Source: an uncultured Bacillota bacterium
Lineage (GTDB): Bacteria; Sysuimicrobiota; Sysuimicrobiia; Sysuimicrobiales; Segetimicrobiaceae
NCBI GenBank assembly: GCA_963804645.1
Contig: CAWDRG010000009.1
Location: forward strand, 1,280,001-1,344,000
Direction: 5' to 3'
Length of the DNA stretch: 64,000 nt
The notes under the pieces are model-generated. The model searched no databases, was not told the DNA's origin, and worked only from the letters and a program-made list of their open reading frames with translations. This document shows, piece by piece, positions 48,857-59,599 of this stretch. The stretch's first letter is position 1, and each line of letters starts with the position of its first letter. The translations under genes were made by a program, and so were the position numbers.

Positions 48857-49633
48857 ATGCTGGCGCGCCGCGTGATCCCGTGTCTCGACGTCGCCGACGG
48901 CCGCGTCGTCAAGGGGATTCGCTTCGTGAACCTCCGCGATGCCGGCGATCCGGTGGAACTCGCGGTGCAGTACGACCGCGAGGGCGCGGATGAACTCGTG
49001 TTCCTGGACATCACCGCGAGCCACGAGCGCCGGGGAATCATGGAGGACGTGGTCCGGCGGACGGCCGAGGTGCTGACGATCCCCTTCACGGTCGGCGGCG
49101 GCCTCCGTTCCGTGGAGGATCTTCGCCGGATGCTGCTCGCCGGCGCGGACAAGGTCGGGCTCAATACCGCCGCGGTCGAGCGGCCGGATGTGATCCGGGA
49201 GGCCGCGCGCCAGTTCGGCAGCCAGTGCGTCGTCGTGGCGATCGACGCCAAGCGCGCGGGAGCCGGCCGGTGGGAGGTGTACGTCCACGGCGGCCGGACG
49301 CCGACGGGGGTGGACGCGGTGGAGTGGGCGCGGCGGGCGGCCGCGCTCGGGGCGGGCGAGTTGCTGCTGACGAGCATGGATGAGGACGGCCGCGCGGACG
49401 GCTACGATCTCGAGCTGACCCGTGCCGTCACGCAGGCGGTCCGGGTCCCGGTGATCGCGTCCGGCGGTGCCGGCACCCCGCAGCATCTGCTCGATGCGAT
49501 CCAGCAGGCGGATGCGGACGCGGTGCTCGCCGCCTCGATCTTTCACTTCGGGACGTACCGCATCGCCTCGGTCAAGGAGTTCATAGCGGCCCACGGGGTC
49601 CCCGTGCGCCCGGTGGAGGGAGCGAGGCCATGA
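48857..49633 (+). CDS. hisF: Imidazole glycerol phosphate synthase cyclase subunit
   Basis: [50 protein letters not shown]. Confidence 0.97.
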   Translation: MLARRVIPCLDVADGRVVKGIRFVNLRDAGDPVELAVQYDREGADELVFLDITASHERRGIMEDVVRRTAEVLTIPFTVGGGLRSVEDLRRMLLAGADKVGLNTAAVERPDVIREAARQFGSQCVVVAIDAKRAGAGRWEVYVHGGRTPTGVDAVEWARRAAALGAGELLLTSMDEDGRADGYDLELTRAVTQAVRVPVIASGGAGTPQHLLDAIQQADADAVLAASIFHFGTYRIASVKEFIAAHGVPVRPVEGARP

Positions 49634-50295
49634 GCACCGCGGAGACCGTGACGTTCGACGCGTCGGGGCTGATCACGGCAGTCGCGCAGGACGCGTCAAC
49701 CGGCGCCGTGCTGATGGTGGCCCACATGAACCGTGAGGCGCTCGAGCGGACGCTGGCGACCGGGCAGGCATGGTACTGGAGCCGCAGCCGGCGCCGGCTG
49801 TGGCGCAAGGGGGAGGAGTCCGGGCACACTCAGCGGGTCCGGAGCGTCCGCATGGACTGCGACGGGGACGCGCTCGTCCTCACGGTCGACCAGGTCGGTC
49901 CGGCCTGCCACACCGGCCATCCGACGTGCTTCTATAGAAGCATCACGATCGAGGGGACCGAGATCCGCGTCGGCGACGCCCCGCCGGCCGCCGACGCCCG
50001 AGCGTCGGAGGGCGGGCCGGCGGTCCTGCGCGAGGTGGCGGCGGTCCTCGCCGAGCGGCGGCGGGCGCCCCGTCCCGGTTCGTACGTCTCCGGGCTGTTT
50101 GCTGAGGGGCTGGCCCGCCTCAACGAGAAAGTCATGGAGGAGGCCGCCGAGGTCGCGCGGGCGGCGCGGAAGGAGACACCCGATCGTCTCGTCGAGGAGA
50201 CGGCCGATCTCTGGTTCCACAGCCTGGCGCTGCTTGTGCACCAGGGGGTCGACCCCGCCATGGTGTTCGACGAGCTTGCGCGGCGGCGCCGCTGA
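49630..50295 (+). CDS. hisIE: Bifunctional phosphoribosyl-AMP cyclohydrolase / phosphoribosyl-ATP pyrophosphatase
   Basis: [43 protein letters not shown]. Confidence 0.95.
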   Translation: MSTAETVTFDASGLITAVAQDASTGAVLMVAHMNREALERTLATGQAWYWSRSRRRLWRKGEESGHTQRVRSVRMDCDGDALVLTVDQVGPACHTGHPTCFYRSITIEGTEIRVGDAPPAADARASEGGPAVLREVAAVLAERRRAPRPGSYVSGLFAEGLARLNEKVMEEAAEVARAARKETPDRLVEETADLWFHSLALLVHQGVDPAMVFDELARRRR

Positions 50296-50367
50296 GCACG
50301 CCCACGTGACCAGGCCGCGGTCCCGGATCCTGCCGCCAGCGGCGCGGGGCGCCGGACGAGCCCGGTG

Positions 50368-51102
50368 ATGCGGTACGCCATCTTCTCCGATGTGCACGCC
50401 AACCTCACCGCGCTCGACGCGGTGCTCGCGGATGCCGAGGGGCGCCGGCCCGACGCGTATCTGTGCCTCGGCGACGTCGTCGGCTACGGACCCGATCCGA
50501 ATGAGTGCGTCGCGCGGGTGCGGGCCCTCGGGGCCGAGACGGTCGCGGGGAATCACGACCGGGCCGCCGTCGGGGACGCCGATCTCAACACGTTCACCCC
50601 GCTCGCGCGCGCAGCGATCGAGTGGACGCAGCACGCCCTGACACCCGCGACCCGGGCCTGGCTGGCGGCGCTCCCACTGCGTGTGCGCTGGAACGGGTGT
50701 CTCGCCGTCCACGGCAGTCCGCGCGACCCGATTTCGGAGTACATTTTCGATCTGCCGACCGCGCTCGCGAACTTCACCGCCGCCTCGTTTGCGCGGTGCT
50801 TCGTGGGACATACGCACGCGCCGGGCGTCTTCATGCTCGAGCGCGACGGCCGCGTCGCCGCGGCCGGGCTGCCCGACGGGCCGCCGGTGCCGCTGAGTCC
50901 GGACGCGCGCTACATCGTCAACGTCGGGAGTGTCGGTCAGCCGCGGGACGGCGATCCTCGGGCCGCGTACGTGCTCTTCGAAACGGAGCCGGAGACCCTC
51001 ACCCTCGTGCGCGTGGCCTATTCGGTGGCGTTCACGCAGGCGAAGATGCGGGCCGCCGGACTGCCGGAAGACCTCGCCGGCCGCCTGCGACTCGGCCGGT
51101 AG
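50368..51102 (+). CDS. Calcineurin-like metallophosphoesterase
   Basis: SDVHAN, LGDVVGYG, GNHD, HGSP, GHTH, NVGSVGQPRD. Confidence 0.92.
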   Translation: MRYAIFSDVHANLTALDAVLADAEGRRPDAYLCLGDVVGYGPDPNECVARVRALGAETVAGNHDRAAVGDADLNTFTPLARAAIEWTQHALTPATRAWLAALPLRVRWNGCLAVHGSPRDPISEYIFDLPTALANFTAASFARCFVGHTHAPGVFMLERDGRVAAAGLPDGPPVPLSPDARYIVNVGSVGQPRDGDPRAAYVLFETEPETLTLVRVAYSVAFTQAKMRAAGLPEDLAGRLRLGR

Positions 51103-51144
51103 GGTCTCCGCGGCCGGCGGCGCCGGCGTGCCTCGTGTCTTGTC

Positions 51145-52815
51145 TTAGGCCTCCGCCAAGGCGCGATGGACGAGGTGGATCGCGATGGCTCCTTCGCCCA
51201 CCGCCGAGGCCACGCGCTTCACGCTTCCCGAGCGGATATCGCCCACCGCGAATACCCTCGGACGGCTCGTTTCCAGCATGTGTGCGGCGCGGGGCGGCGC
51301 CGACGCGGGGGTGGCGGTCGGGGTCTCCACGTCGCGTCCCGTGAGAATAAATCCCTTGTCGTCAAGGGCGACGCAGCCCTGCAGCCAGTCCGTGCGCGGC
51401 GATGCGCCCGCCATAATGAACACGTGGCGAATGGCGTGCTCGGACGTCTCGCCGGTTGATGTGTCCAGCCAGGTGACACGCTCCAGGTGCGTGCCGCCCG
51501 CGAGGCCGACCATCTCGGTGTGGTAGTGCAGGTCGATGGCGGGGTTCTTCTCGATGCGCTGCACCAAGTAGCGCGACATCGTGTCCGCCAGTCGGCCCGA
51601 GCGCACGAGGATATGGACCCGGCGCGCCGTCTGCGAGAGGAACACCGCCGCCTGCCCGGCGGAGTTTCCCCCGCCGACCACGATGACCTCTTCCTGTTCG
51701 CACAGCTGCGACTCCATGTGCGTCGCCGCATAGTAGATGCCCTGGCCCTCGAACTGCTCCAGCCCGGCGAGGGCCGGCTTGTTGTACTGCGCCCCGGTCG
51801 CGATGATGACGGCACGCGCCGACAGGCTGGTGTCGTTGTCCAGGACGACCGCGTACGGGTGCCGTCCGCAGTCCAGCAGTTTGGCAGCGTGGGCGACGAC
51901 GAAACTGGCTCCAAACTTCTCGGCCTGTGCGATCGCGAGGTCGGCGAGTTCCTGTCCGGAGACGCCGGTGGGAAAGCCCAGGTAGTTCTCGATCTTCGAA
52001 CTGGATCCCGCTTGCCCCCCGGGCGCAGCCGCTTCAATCACCAGCACGTTGAGGCCTTCCGACGCCGCGTACACGGCCGCGGCCAGGCCCGCGGGTCCGG
52101 CCCCCACGATGATGAGATCGCGGACCTCCGCGTCATTCATCGTGCGGTTGAGGCCCAGGCAGTCGGCCAGTTCCTGGATCGACGGATTCCGCAGCACGGA
52201 GCGCGCGTTGCAGATGAGCACGGGAATTTCGTCCGGGGTGACCTGGAAGCGATCGAGGAATGCCTGTGCGCTCGCATCCGCATCGAGATCGACGTAGGTG
52301 TAGGGATGATCATTGCGCGTCAGAAATTCGCGCAGACGCAGCGTGTTGGCCGAGTGGCGCGACCCCAGCACGATGACGTTGCCCTGCCCGCGGCTGATGA
52401 GCTGCTGGCGGCGCAGGATGAAGGCGCGCATCAAGATCTCGCTCAACTGGGCGTCCGTGGCGACGAGCGACCGCACATCGTCGCCGCACACTTCAAGCAC
52501 CTCGCCCGGCTCGGCGACGCGCGCACGCGCGAGCGCCGCGTGTCCAGAGATCAGCGTCATCTCGCCCGTGAACTGGCCCGGGCCGTAGGTCGTGATCGTG
52601 CGCTCGCCGGTCAGATCCGGCTGCACGATTTCCACGTGCCCGGACAGCACGACGAAGCACGGGACATTCGTGTCTCCGACGTCGAACAGGATCTCGTCCT
52701 TCGCGACGCGCCGCACTGTGCCGAGGGGGCGCACGCGATTGACCTGCGCGTCGGTCAGGACCGGGTACGCTTGCGCCTGCGCGTCGGGCGCGCCGGGCAG
52801 CGGCAGAGACGACAT
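51145..52815 (-). CDS. Thioredoxin reductase-like FAD oxidoreductase with N-terminal cNMP-binding domain
   Basis: cNMP domain (GQFTGE); GAGPAG, IENYLGFP, GGGNSA, FAVGDIRSGSVKRVASAVGEG; no CxxC (YYAAT). Confidence 0.9.
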   Translation of the reverse strand: MSSLPLPGAPDAQAQAYPVLTDAQVNRVRPLGTVRRVAKDEILFDVGDTNVPCFVVLSGHVEIVQPDLTGERTITTYGPGQFTGEMTLISGHAALARARVAEPGEVLEVCGDDVRSLVATDAQLSEILMRAFILRRQQLISRGQGNVIVLGSRHSANTLRLREFLTRNDHPYTYVDLDADASAQAFLDRFQVTPDEIPVLICNARSVLRNPSIQELADCLGLNRTMNDAEVRDLIIVGAGPAGLAAAVYAASEGLNVLVIEAAAPGGQAGSSSKIENYLGFPTGVSGQELADLAIAQAEKFGASFVVAHAAKLLDCGRHPYAVVLDNDTSLSARAVIIATGAQYNKPALAGLEQFEGQGIYYAATHMESQLCEQEEVIVVGGGNSAGQAAVFLSQTARRVHILVRSGRLADTMSRYLVQRIEKNPAIDLHYHTEMVGLAGGTHLERVTWLDTSTGETSEHAIRHVFIMAGASPRTDWLQGCVALDDKGFILTGRDVETPTATPASAPPRAAHMLETSRPRVFAVGDIRSGSVKRVASAVGEGAIAIHLVHRALAEA

Positions 52816-53249
52816 GGTCTCCTCCTCTCACGTGGTCGCTGTCCCGATCACCGTATCACGGCTGTGCGTGGTATCGACCATCTCATCGCGCCGTCCGGGG
52901 AGGACCCCCGCGGCCGGCGCGTTCCCCACCACTCTACTCCTGCGCGCGGATTCCGTGGGACGGCCGCGGTGCCCGCCGGTTCCGCGGTTCGCCGCACCGC
53001 AGGGGACGTCGAGATCGGGCGCGATCGCCAGCGACTCGCGGGCGCGTTGCGTGACGGGAGGGTCCGAGTCGTCACGCCGCATGCGCGGGACCGCGTCGCC
53101 GGAGGGTGCCCCGCGCAGGAGGGAGCGCTTTCGGGATCGCCGAACCTGAGCCCGTAGCACCCTGCTGGCCCGAGGCCCCTGCGTCCATCACGCCGCACCC
53201 ACGGCGGCGCGGAGCGTCTCTGGGGCGGCGCTGAGCGTATACGGGAGGG

Positions 53250-55304
53250 ATGATTGTGGCGCACAAAGAGACGGACACCGTCCGCCGGCCGATCACGAGC
53301 GAGGATCTGCTTGCGTTGCCGGTTGCCGGCGACCCGCAGATGTCGCCCGATGGGTCGCAGGTCGCCTACACGCTGACCGTCGTGGACCGAGAGGCGAACG
53401 CGTACCGGACACACCTGTGGCTCGTGCCCACGGGGGGCGGGGAGCCGCGGCAGCTGACCACGGCCAAGGCGAGGGAGACGGGCCCGCGGTGGTCCCCGGA
53501 CGGGGCGCACATCGCGTTCGTATCCGATCGCGGCGGCGACAAGCAGGTCTGGGTGATCCCGGTCGGGGGCGGCGAGGCGCGCGTGCTGACGACGGGGAAG
53601 CTCTCGCCGTCCGATCTCGCGTGGGCCCCCGACGGCCGCGCGCTGGCGTTTGTCGGCAAGCCGCCGCTTCCGGCCGACCAGCGCGAGGACAGCGACGTGC
53701 GCGTGATCTCACGCGTGCGCTACAAGGCGGATGGTGAGGGCTTCTGGGACGGACGCTGGAAACAGATCTTCGTCGTGTCCCTCTCTGGCGGCGAGGCCCG
53801 CGCGGTGACGCAGGGCGACTGCGACCATCTGGCGCCGGTCTGGTCGCCCGACGGCCGGTCGCTCGCGTACACGGCGAACCCCGATCCGAATGCGGACCTG
53901 ACGAATGTGACGGACCTCTGGGTCGTCCAGGCCGACGGGAAGGGGACCGCGCGCCGGCTGACGGACGGACGGGGGCCGGTGCAGTCGCCGGTCTGGTCCC
54001 CCGACGGCGATCGGATCGCGTACATTGGACACGACAACGCGTGTTGGGGCGCCTCCAACTGGCGGGTATGGATCGCGCCGGCGGCGGGCGGCGACGTCCG
54101 GTGCCTCACGGCCGACACCGACCGCAGCGTCGGACACCATATCGCCACCGACCTGCGCGCGCATCCCTCGTCCGGCGGGATCACGTGGGCGCCCGACGGG
54201 CGCCGGCTGTTCTTCATGCTCGGCGACGGCGGCAGCACCCAGATCGTGTCGGTGCCCTCCGACGGCGGGTCTGTGCAGCGGGAAACACAGGGCGAGCACG
54301 AGCTGATCGGCTGTTCGTTCGACCGCCGCGCGGCGCGCCTCGCGTGCGTGGAGAGCGACGCGCTGACCCCCGGCGAGGTCGTGGTTGGCGAGATCGGCAG
54401 CGGACAGCCGCTGCGCCGGCTGACGGACCACGCGGGCCCGCTGCTCCGGACGCTCGCGCTCGCGGTCCCGGAGCGCTTCGAGTTCGCGAGCGTGGACGGC
54501 TGGACGGTCGAGGGCTGGGTGCTGCGGCCGCAGGCGGCCAAGACGGGACGGGTCCCTGCGGTGCTCGAGATCCACGGCGGGCCGCACGCGGCCTACGGCA
54601 ACGCGTTCTTCCACGAAATGCAGCTGCTCGCCGCCCAAGGGTACGGCGTCGTGTACCTCAATCCGCGCGGGAGCCAGGGCTACGGCGAGACCTTCACCGC
54701 GGCGACGCGGCACGATTGGGGGGGCAAGGACTACGAGGACTTGATGCGCGGGCTCGATCACGCGCTCGCCGCGCATCCGTGGATCGATCCCGCGCGGCTC
54801 GGCGTCGCCGGCGGCAGCTACGGCGGGTTCATGACCAACTGGGTGATCGGGCACACCGACCGGTTTCGCGCCGCCGTCACCATGCGCAGCATCAGCAACT
54901 CCGCGAGCCAATGGGGGACCTCGGATCTTGCGTACATGAAGGGCTTCTGGGAGTACCCGGGCGAGCCGTGGGAGGCGCCCGAGTTCTACCGGGAGCGGTC
55001 CCCGATCACCTACGCGCCCCGGATGAAGACGCCGACGCTCATCCTGCACAGCGAGAACGACTACCGGTGCCCGATGGAGCAGGGCGAGCAGCTCTTCATG
55101 GCGCTGAAGAAGCAGGGCGTGCCGACGCTCTTCGTGCGGTTCCCGAACGAGAGCCACGACCTGTCGCGGAACGGTCAGCCGAAGCATCGGATGGAGCGGC
55201 TGCGCCATATCCTGGCGTGGTTCCGGACCTACCTCGCCGGGGACGGGGCGGCGGGCGCCGCGAAGGCCCGGGGTCGGGTCGAAAGCGTCGCGGCGGATGC
55301 GTAG
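53250..55304 (+). CDS. S9 family peptidase (acylaminoacyl/dipeptidyl peptidase) with beta-propeller
   Basis: WSPDG repeats, IHGGPH, GGSYGG, HSEND, NESH. Confidence 0.93.
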   Translation: MIVAHKETDTVRRPITSEDLLALPVAGDPQMSPDGSQVAYTLTVVDREANAYRTHLWLVPTGGGEPRQLTTAKARETGPRWSPDGAHIAFVSDRGGDKQVWVIPVGGGEARVLTTGKLSPSDLAWAPDGRALAFVGKPPLPADQREDSDVRVISRVRYKADGEGFWDGRWKQIFVVSLSGGEARAVTQGDCDHLAPVWSPDGRSLAYTANPDPNADLTNVTDLWVVQADGKGTARRLTDGRGPVQSPVWSPDGDRIAYIGHDNACWGASNWRVWIAPAAGGDVRCLTADTDRSVGHHIATDLRAHPSSGGITWAPDGRRLFFMLGDGGSTQIVSVPSDGGSVQRETQGEHELIGCSFDRRAARLACVESDALTPGEVVVGEIGSGQPLRRLTDHAGPLLRTLALAVPERFEFASVDGWTVEGWVLRPQAAKTGRVPAVLEIHGGPHAAYGNAFFHEMQLLAAQGYGVVYLNPRGSQGYGETFTAATRHDWGGKDYEDLMRGLDHALAAHPWIDPARLGVAGGSYGGFMTNWVIGHTDRFRAAVTMRSISNSASQWGTSDLAYMKGFWEYPGEPWEAPEFYRERSPITYAPRMKTPTLILHSENDYRCPMEQGEQLFMALKKQGVPTLFVRFPNESHDLSRNGQPKHRMERLRHILAWFRTYLAGDGAAGAAKARGRVESVAADA

Positions 55305-55316
55305 CCGTTCCCGTCC

Positions 55317-55877
55317 ATGACCCGCATCTACACCCGGACGGGCGACGCGGGAGACACCGGCCTCTTCGGAGGCCAGCGCGTGCCGAAAGACGACCTGCGC
55401 GTTCGAGCGTACGGCACCGTCGACGAGACGAACGCGGTGCTGGGGGTGGCGCGAGCCGCGGGCCCCGGCCCGGAGATCGACGCCGTGCTCGAGCGGCTGC
55501 AGCACCATCTGTTCGACCTCGGCGCCGAGCTCGCGACGCCTCCCGACGCGTCCGCAGGCGCCTCGGCCCACGCTCCGCGCGTGGTTGCGGCCTGGGTCGA
55601 GGCGCTCGAACGCGACATCGATCGGTTCGAGGACGCCCTGCCCCCGCTGCGGACGTTCATTCTGCCGGGCGGGACCGCGGCGGCCGCCGCCCTGCACCTG
55701 GCCCGGACGGTGTCACGGCGCGCCGAGCGAGAGATCGTGACGCTCGGCGCGCGCGAGCCGCTGAATCCGGAGCTCCTCCGCTTCGTCAACCGCCTCTCGG
55801 ATCTGCTGTTTGTGCTCGCACGCGCGGCCAATCAGGCGGCGGGGCGAGCGGACATCGTCTGGACGCGGACGGGCTAG
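55317..55877 (+). CDS. pduO: ATP:cob(I)alamin adenosyltransferase, PduO type
   Basis: IYTRTGD.GDT, YGTVDE.N, FILPGG, ARTVSRRAER, NRLSD.LF. Confidence 0.93.
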   Translation: MTRIYTRTGDAGDTGLFGGQRVPKDDLRVRAYGTVDETNAVLGVARAAGPGPEIDAVLERLQHHLFDLGAELATPPDASAGASAHAPRVVAAWVEALERDIDRFEDALPPLRTFILPGGTAAAAALHLARTVSRRAEREIVTLGAREPLNPELLRFVNRLSDLLFVLARAANQAAGRADIVWTRTG

Positions 55878-55941
55878 GCGCGTCCGGCCCCCCGAGATAG
55901 GCGCGGACGATGAACTCGCGCTCGACGAGGAGGACGCGGCG

Positions 55942-57951
55942 ATGACCGGCCCGGCGCTGACGCTCGACCAGGTCCTCGGCATCACATTCACCGCGGGCCA
56001 CGCGTGGTCGCCCGACGGCCGGTCGATCGGATTCATCCACGACGACGGCGGCCGGTATACGCTGCGCGCCGTGGATGCGGCCGGCGCGCGCGTGACCGAG
56101 ATCTCGGAAGGTGACGCGCCGGTCACGGCGTTCGCGTGGGCGCCGGACGGCCGCCTCGGCTATATCCAGGGAGGCCGCCTCCTCGCGGCGACACCCCGGC
56201 GCGGGGCCGGCGGCGCGGACGGGTGGTCGCGCGTCGAGCTGTACGCGGGCCCCGGCGACGTGACGGCGCTGTGCTGGGCGCCCGAGGGGGTTCGCTGCGC
56301 GTTCGTCGCGTCGGGGCAGGCCTGGATCCTGGATCTCGCGGGGCCGTCGCTGCGCGCGCTTGGGTTTCCCTGGACCGTGCGGCCCCTCTACCACGAGTCC
56401 GCGCTCGCGTGGTCTCCGGACGGGGCGATGCTGGCGGTCGCGGTCGTCGACGGCGGCCAGTGGGATCTGGCGGTTGCGTCGGCCTCGGGCCGCGTGCTCT
56501 GGCGCTCCGACACCGAGGAACTCGAGGGCCCCTTCGTGTGGCTCCGGCCCGGACGCCTCCTGTTCGCGCGGTCGTCGGTGCCGTATACGGTCCGGGAGTG
56601 GTACGTCCTGGACGTCCACGAGGCGTCTTCGCGTCCGGTGCCGCGTCTCGTGCACCGGGCGGAGGAGCCCGAGGGCCTCGGCGGCGACTTCGTGCCACAG
56701 CCGCATCCCGACGGGCGGCACGCGGTCCTCGTGCTGCGCCATGAGGGATGGTGGCACCTGTACCTGCTCGACACGGACACGGGCGCCCTCAGGACGCTGA
56801 CGGGGGGCGAGGCGGAGGACGTCGGCCACTCGGTCGACGCGCCGAGGATCAGCCCCGACGGGCGCGAGGTCGTCTTTTCCACGAACCGAGTCAATGTCGG
56901 GCAGCGTCATCTGTTCAGCGTCGACCTCGACAGCGGTGCGCTGCGTCAGGTGACGCGGCCCGCCGGGACGAGCGTGGAGCCGGAGTGGTCCCCCTCGGGC
57001 GCTCAGATCGCGTTCAAGCACAGCACGGTGCGTCACGCGCCGGAGATTTGGGTCGTCGATCGCGGCGGGGGCGGGATGCGCCGTCTGGTCGGCGCGATGC
57101 CCCCGGGCGTCGAGCCGGCCCGGTTCCCGCTGCCGAAGCCCGCCACGACCCGGGGGGCGCTTGACTGGGAGATCCCCGGGTATCTTCTGACCCCGGAACC
57201 CCTCGAGCCGGGTCGCCGGTACCCGGCGCTCGTGTACGTCCACGGCGGCGGCCACCGGCAGATGCGCGACGGCTTTCCGCCGCTTGAGGCGTACGCGTTC
57301 TTTTATGCGGTGTCCCTGTGGCTCGCCGGGCTCGGCGTCGTCACGTACATGGTGAACTACCGCGGCGGGATCGGGTACGGCCGGACGTTCGAGCAGGGCA
57401 ACTCGAAGGGGCTCGGAGTGCTCGAATGCGAGGACTGCGTCGGCGCCGGCGAGTACGTCAAGACCCTGCCGTGTGTCGATCCCGACCGCGTCGGCGTCTG
57501 GGGGCTCAGCTACGGAGGCTGGCTGACGCTCGCGTCGCTCTGCCGGTCGCCCGAGACGTTCGCGCTCGGGATCAATCTCGCCGGGATCTGGGACTTCGAC
57601 CGCTGGATGGTGTGGGCCAAGGAGTCCTACCGCCCGCCGTACGATTACTTTCTCGGCCGCGCCGGCGGCACGAGCGAGCAGGCCCCGGACGTGTGGCGGA
57701 GCGCCTCGCCGCGGTATCTCGTCGAGCGGATGCGGGTGCCGCTCATCAACTTCCACGGGACCCGTGACGCCGCGGTGCCGTTCGAGCAGCTCGATCTGAT
57801 CGTCGACGACTGCGTGCGGCACGGGAAGACGTTTGAGACGCACTACTACCCGGGGGAGACCCATCTGTTTACGCACCGGGCGACGTGGCGCGACGCGCTC
57901 CGAAAGGTCGAGGCCGCGCTGCGCGCGCACCTCGGCGTGACGGACCGCTGA
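55942..57951 (+). CDS. S9 family peptidase with beta-propeller
   Basis: WSPDG/WAPDG repeats, VHGGG, GLSYGG, HGTRD, GETH; GAGGAGG RBS. Confidence 0.9.
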   Translation: MTGPALTLDQVLGITFTAGHAWSPDGRSIGFIHDDGGRYTLRAVDAAGARVTEISEGDAPVTAFAWAPDGRLGYIQGGRLLAATPRRGAGGADGWSRVELYAGPGDVTALCWAPEGVRCAFVASGQAWILDLAGPSLRALGFPWTVRPLYHESALAWSPDGAMLAVAVVDGGQWDLAVASASGRVLWRSDTEELEGPFVWLRPGRLLFARSSVPYTVREWYVLDVHEASSRPVPRLVHRAEEPEGLGGDFVPQPHPDGRHAVLVLRHEGWWHLYLLDTDTGALRTLTGGEAEDVGHSVDAPRISPDGREVVFSTNRVNVGQRHLFSVDLDSGALRQVTRPAGTSVEPEWSPSGAQIAFKHSTVRHAPEIWVVDRGGGGMRRLVGAMPPGVEPARFPLPKPATTRGALDWEIPGYLLTPEPLEPGRRYPALVYVHGGGHRQMRDGFPPLEAYAFFYAVSLWLAGLGVVTYMVNYRGGIGYGRTFEQGNSKGLGVLECEDCVGAGEYVKTLPCVDPDRVGVWGLSYGGWLTLASLCRSPETFALGINLAGIWDFDRWMVWAKESYRPPYDYFLGRAGGTSEQAPDVWRSASPRYLVERMRVPLINFHGTRDAAVPFEQLDLIVDDCVRHGKTFETHYYPGETHLFTHRATWRDALRKVEAALRAHLGVTDR

Positions 57952-58192
57952 CCCGGCGCGCCGGGATTCGTGGCGCCTCTCGCGTGCCGACGGCTGGCCG
58001 CACCCGGCCGGTGACGCGCTGCGCGTCGGCGGCGCCCTGACTCGCAGGGGATGCCCAACCGCTCAGGCTGATGAAGATCCACCGTCGCATCCACCCGTGG
58101 ATCGATGCCTCTGACTTCGGGGGTGTCGTACCATGGTGTTGGATGGCGAACAGTCACTGGAGGCACGGCATTTGCACCAGGGAGGTGGAGAC

Positions 58193-58483
58193 ATGCCGCA
58201 ACCAACGTGGAAGCCTCAGGAAGGCTCTGAAACGCCCGGCCGACTCTACGCCGCCGAGACCAATTCGCTCCCAGACACCGCTTTCGCGTTTCCGCGCGCG
58301 CGCAAAGAGCCGATGACCGATGCGGCGCACGTGCGCAACGCGATCGCGAGGTTTGATCAGGTGCAGGACGTCACCGACGCCGAACGCGATCTCGCGTTTG
58401 CCAACATTCGCGCCGCGGCGGCACATTTTGGCATCGAGATGAAGGAGACGAGCTGGCACCAGCTGGGTGCGCGCCGGGCGTAG
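58193..58483 (+). CDS. DUF6582-like small protein
   Basis: LPDTAFAFP..RKEPMTDAAHVRNAIARF.QV; GGAGG RBS. Confidence 0.75.
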   Translation: MPQPTWKPQEGSETPGRLYAAETNSLPDTAFAFPRARKEPMTDAAHVRNAIARFDQVQDVTDAERDLAFANIRAAAAHFGIEMKETSWHQLGARRA

Positions 58484-58564
58484 CCGGCACGCCGAGCGCC
58501 GAGACCCCTGACACCCCGGGCCCCTGACGCCGTTCGCGTCGAGGTGCCGGCCGCCCGGCGTGGG

Positions 58565-59413
58565 TTACTCGTGCCCGGAATCGTGCGGCGGCGGGGTGGC
58601 CGGCGTCCGGTAGGGCAGCGGGATGTACTCGACGGACGGACGCCGCCGGCCGCTCTGCGGATAGAGCTGCATCAGATCGTAGATCGCTCGGGGCATCTCC
58701 GTGTTGACGTCGAACCCGAGCGTGCGCGCCTCCGCAACTCTGATCGGGTAGTCGTGCGTCCACGTGCCCCCCGTCAGCGCGGCGGCGAGCGATTCGGCTC
58801 CCTCTGGAGGCAGGCGGCGGCTCGCCAGCGTGACGACCGCGGCATGGACCTGCGCCAGCGCCTTCCTGGAGACGTCGGCGAGGATCAGCGTCTCGTCGCT
58901 GACCCGCTCGATGGGCTTCCGGTTGACCGCGGCGACGATCGAGACCGCCGGATACTGGCCCAGCTGCGGATCCACCGGGCCGAGCACGGCGTGCTCGTCC
59001 ATCACGATCTGGTCGGCGGCCAGCGCGATCAGGGTGCCCCCGGACATCGCGTAGTGCGGCACGAACACCGTGACGCGGCCCGGGTGGTCGCCGAGCGCCC
59101 ACGCGATCTGCTCGGCCGCCAGCACCAGGCCGCCCGGTGTGTGCAGGATGACGTCGATCGGCAGGTCGGGCGGCGTGAGCCGGATCGCCCGCAGCAGGTC
59201 CTCCGAGTCCTGGATGTCGATGTAGCGGACGACCGGAATCCCCAGGAAGTTGACGGTTTCTTCCCGATGGATGAGCGCGATCACGCGGCTCCCGCGCTGC
59301 CGTTCGAGATGCTGCAGGAGGCGGAGCCTGGACATCTGCTGAAACTGGCGCGCGAGAATCGGCTGGAGCACCGATAAGAGGAAGAGGATCCAGAGGACGT
59401 TGGACAGGTTCAT
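58565..59413 (-). CDS. SDH-family Clp-fold serine proteinase
   Basis: N-terminal TM, IHREE, HTPGG, AMSGGT (Ser), GPVDPQ (Asp), WTHDY (His). Confidence 0.9.
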   Translation of the reverse strand: MNLSNVLWILFLLSVLQPILARQFQQMSRLRLLQHLERQRGSRVIALIHREETVNFLGIPVVRYIDIQDSEDLLRAIRLTPPDLPIDVILHTPGGLVLAAEQIAWALGDHPGRVTVFVPHYAMSGGTLIALAADQIVMDEHAVLGPVDPQLGQYPAVSIVAAVNRKPIERVSDETLILADVSRKALAQVHAAVVTLASRRLPPEGAESLAAALTGGTWTHDYPIRVAEARTLGFDVNTEMPRAIYDLMQLYPQSGRRRPSVEYIPLPYRTPATPPPHDSGHE

Positions 59414-59599
59414 GAGGCCCTCCCCGGCCGCCGCCGCCGTCCCGGCGCGCGGTGGCTCCTGTCTGTTTGGCGGGCGCGCGCCGCGATCCTGCGGCGGGCC
59501 GGGCCCGAGAGCGGCCGGCCAGCGGCCCCGGGGGAGGAAACGCCGGAGCCTGGCCCGAACCCCCACCCAGGTTCCCAAGGTCAAGTGTCTGGAGTTCCC

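Noticed and set aside
52816..53249. 434-bp GC-rich divergent intergenic region with short ORFs and hairpins
   Set aside because: No recognisable RNA motif, repeat or coding signature.
58067..58107. Hammerhead ribozyme (CTGATGA followed by a stem)
   Set aside because: The required GAAA after stem II is absent, and stems I and III were not found.
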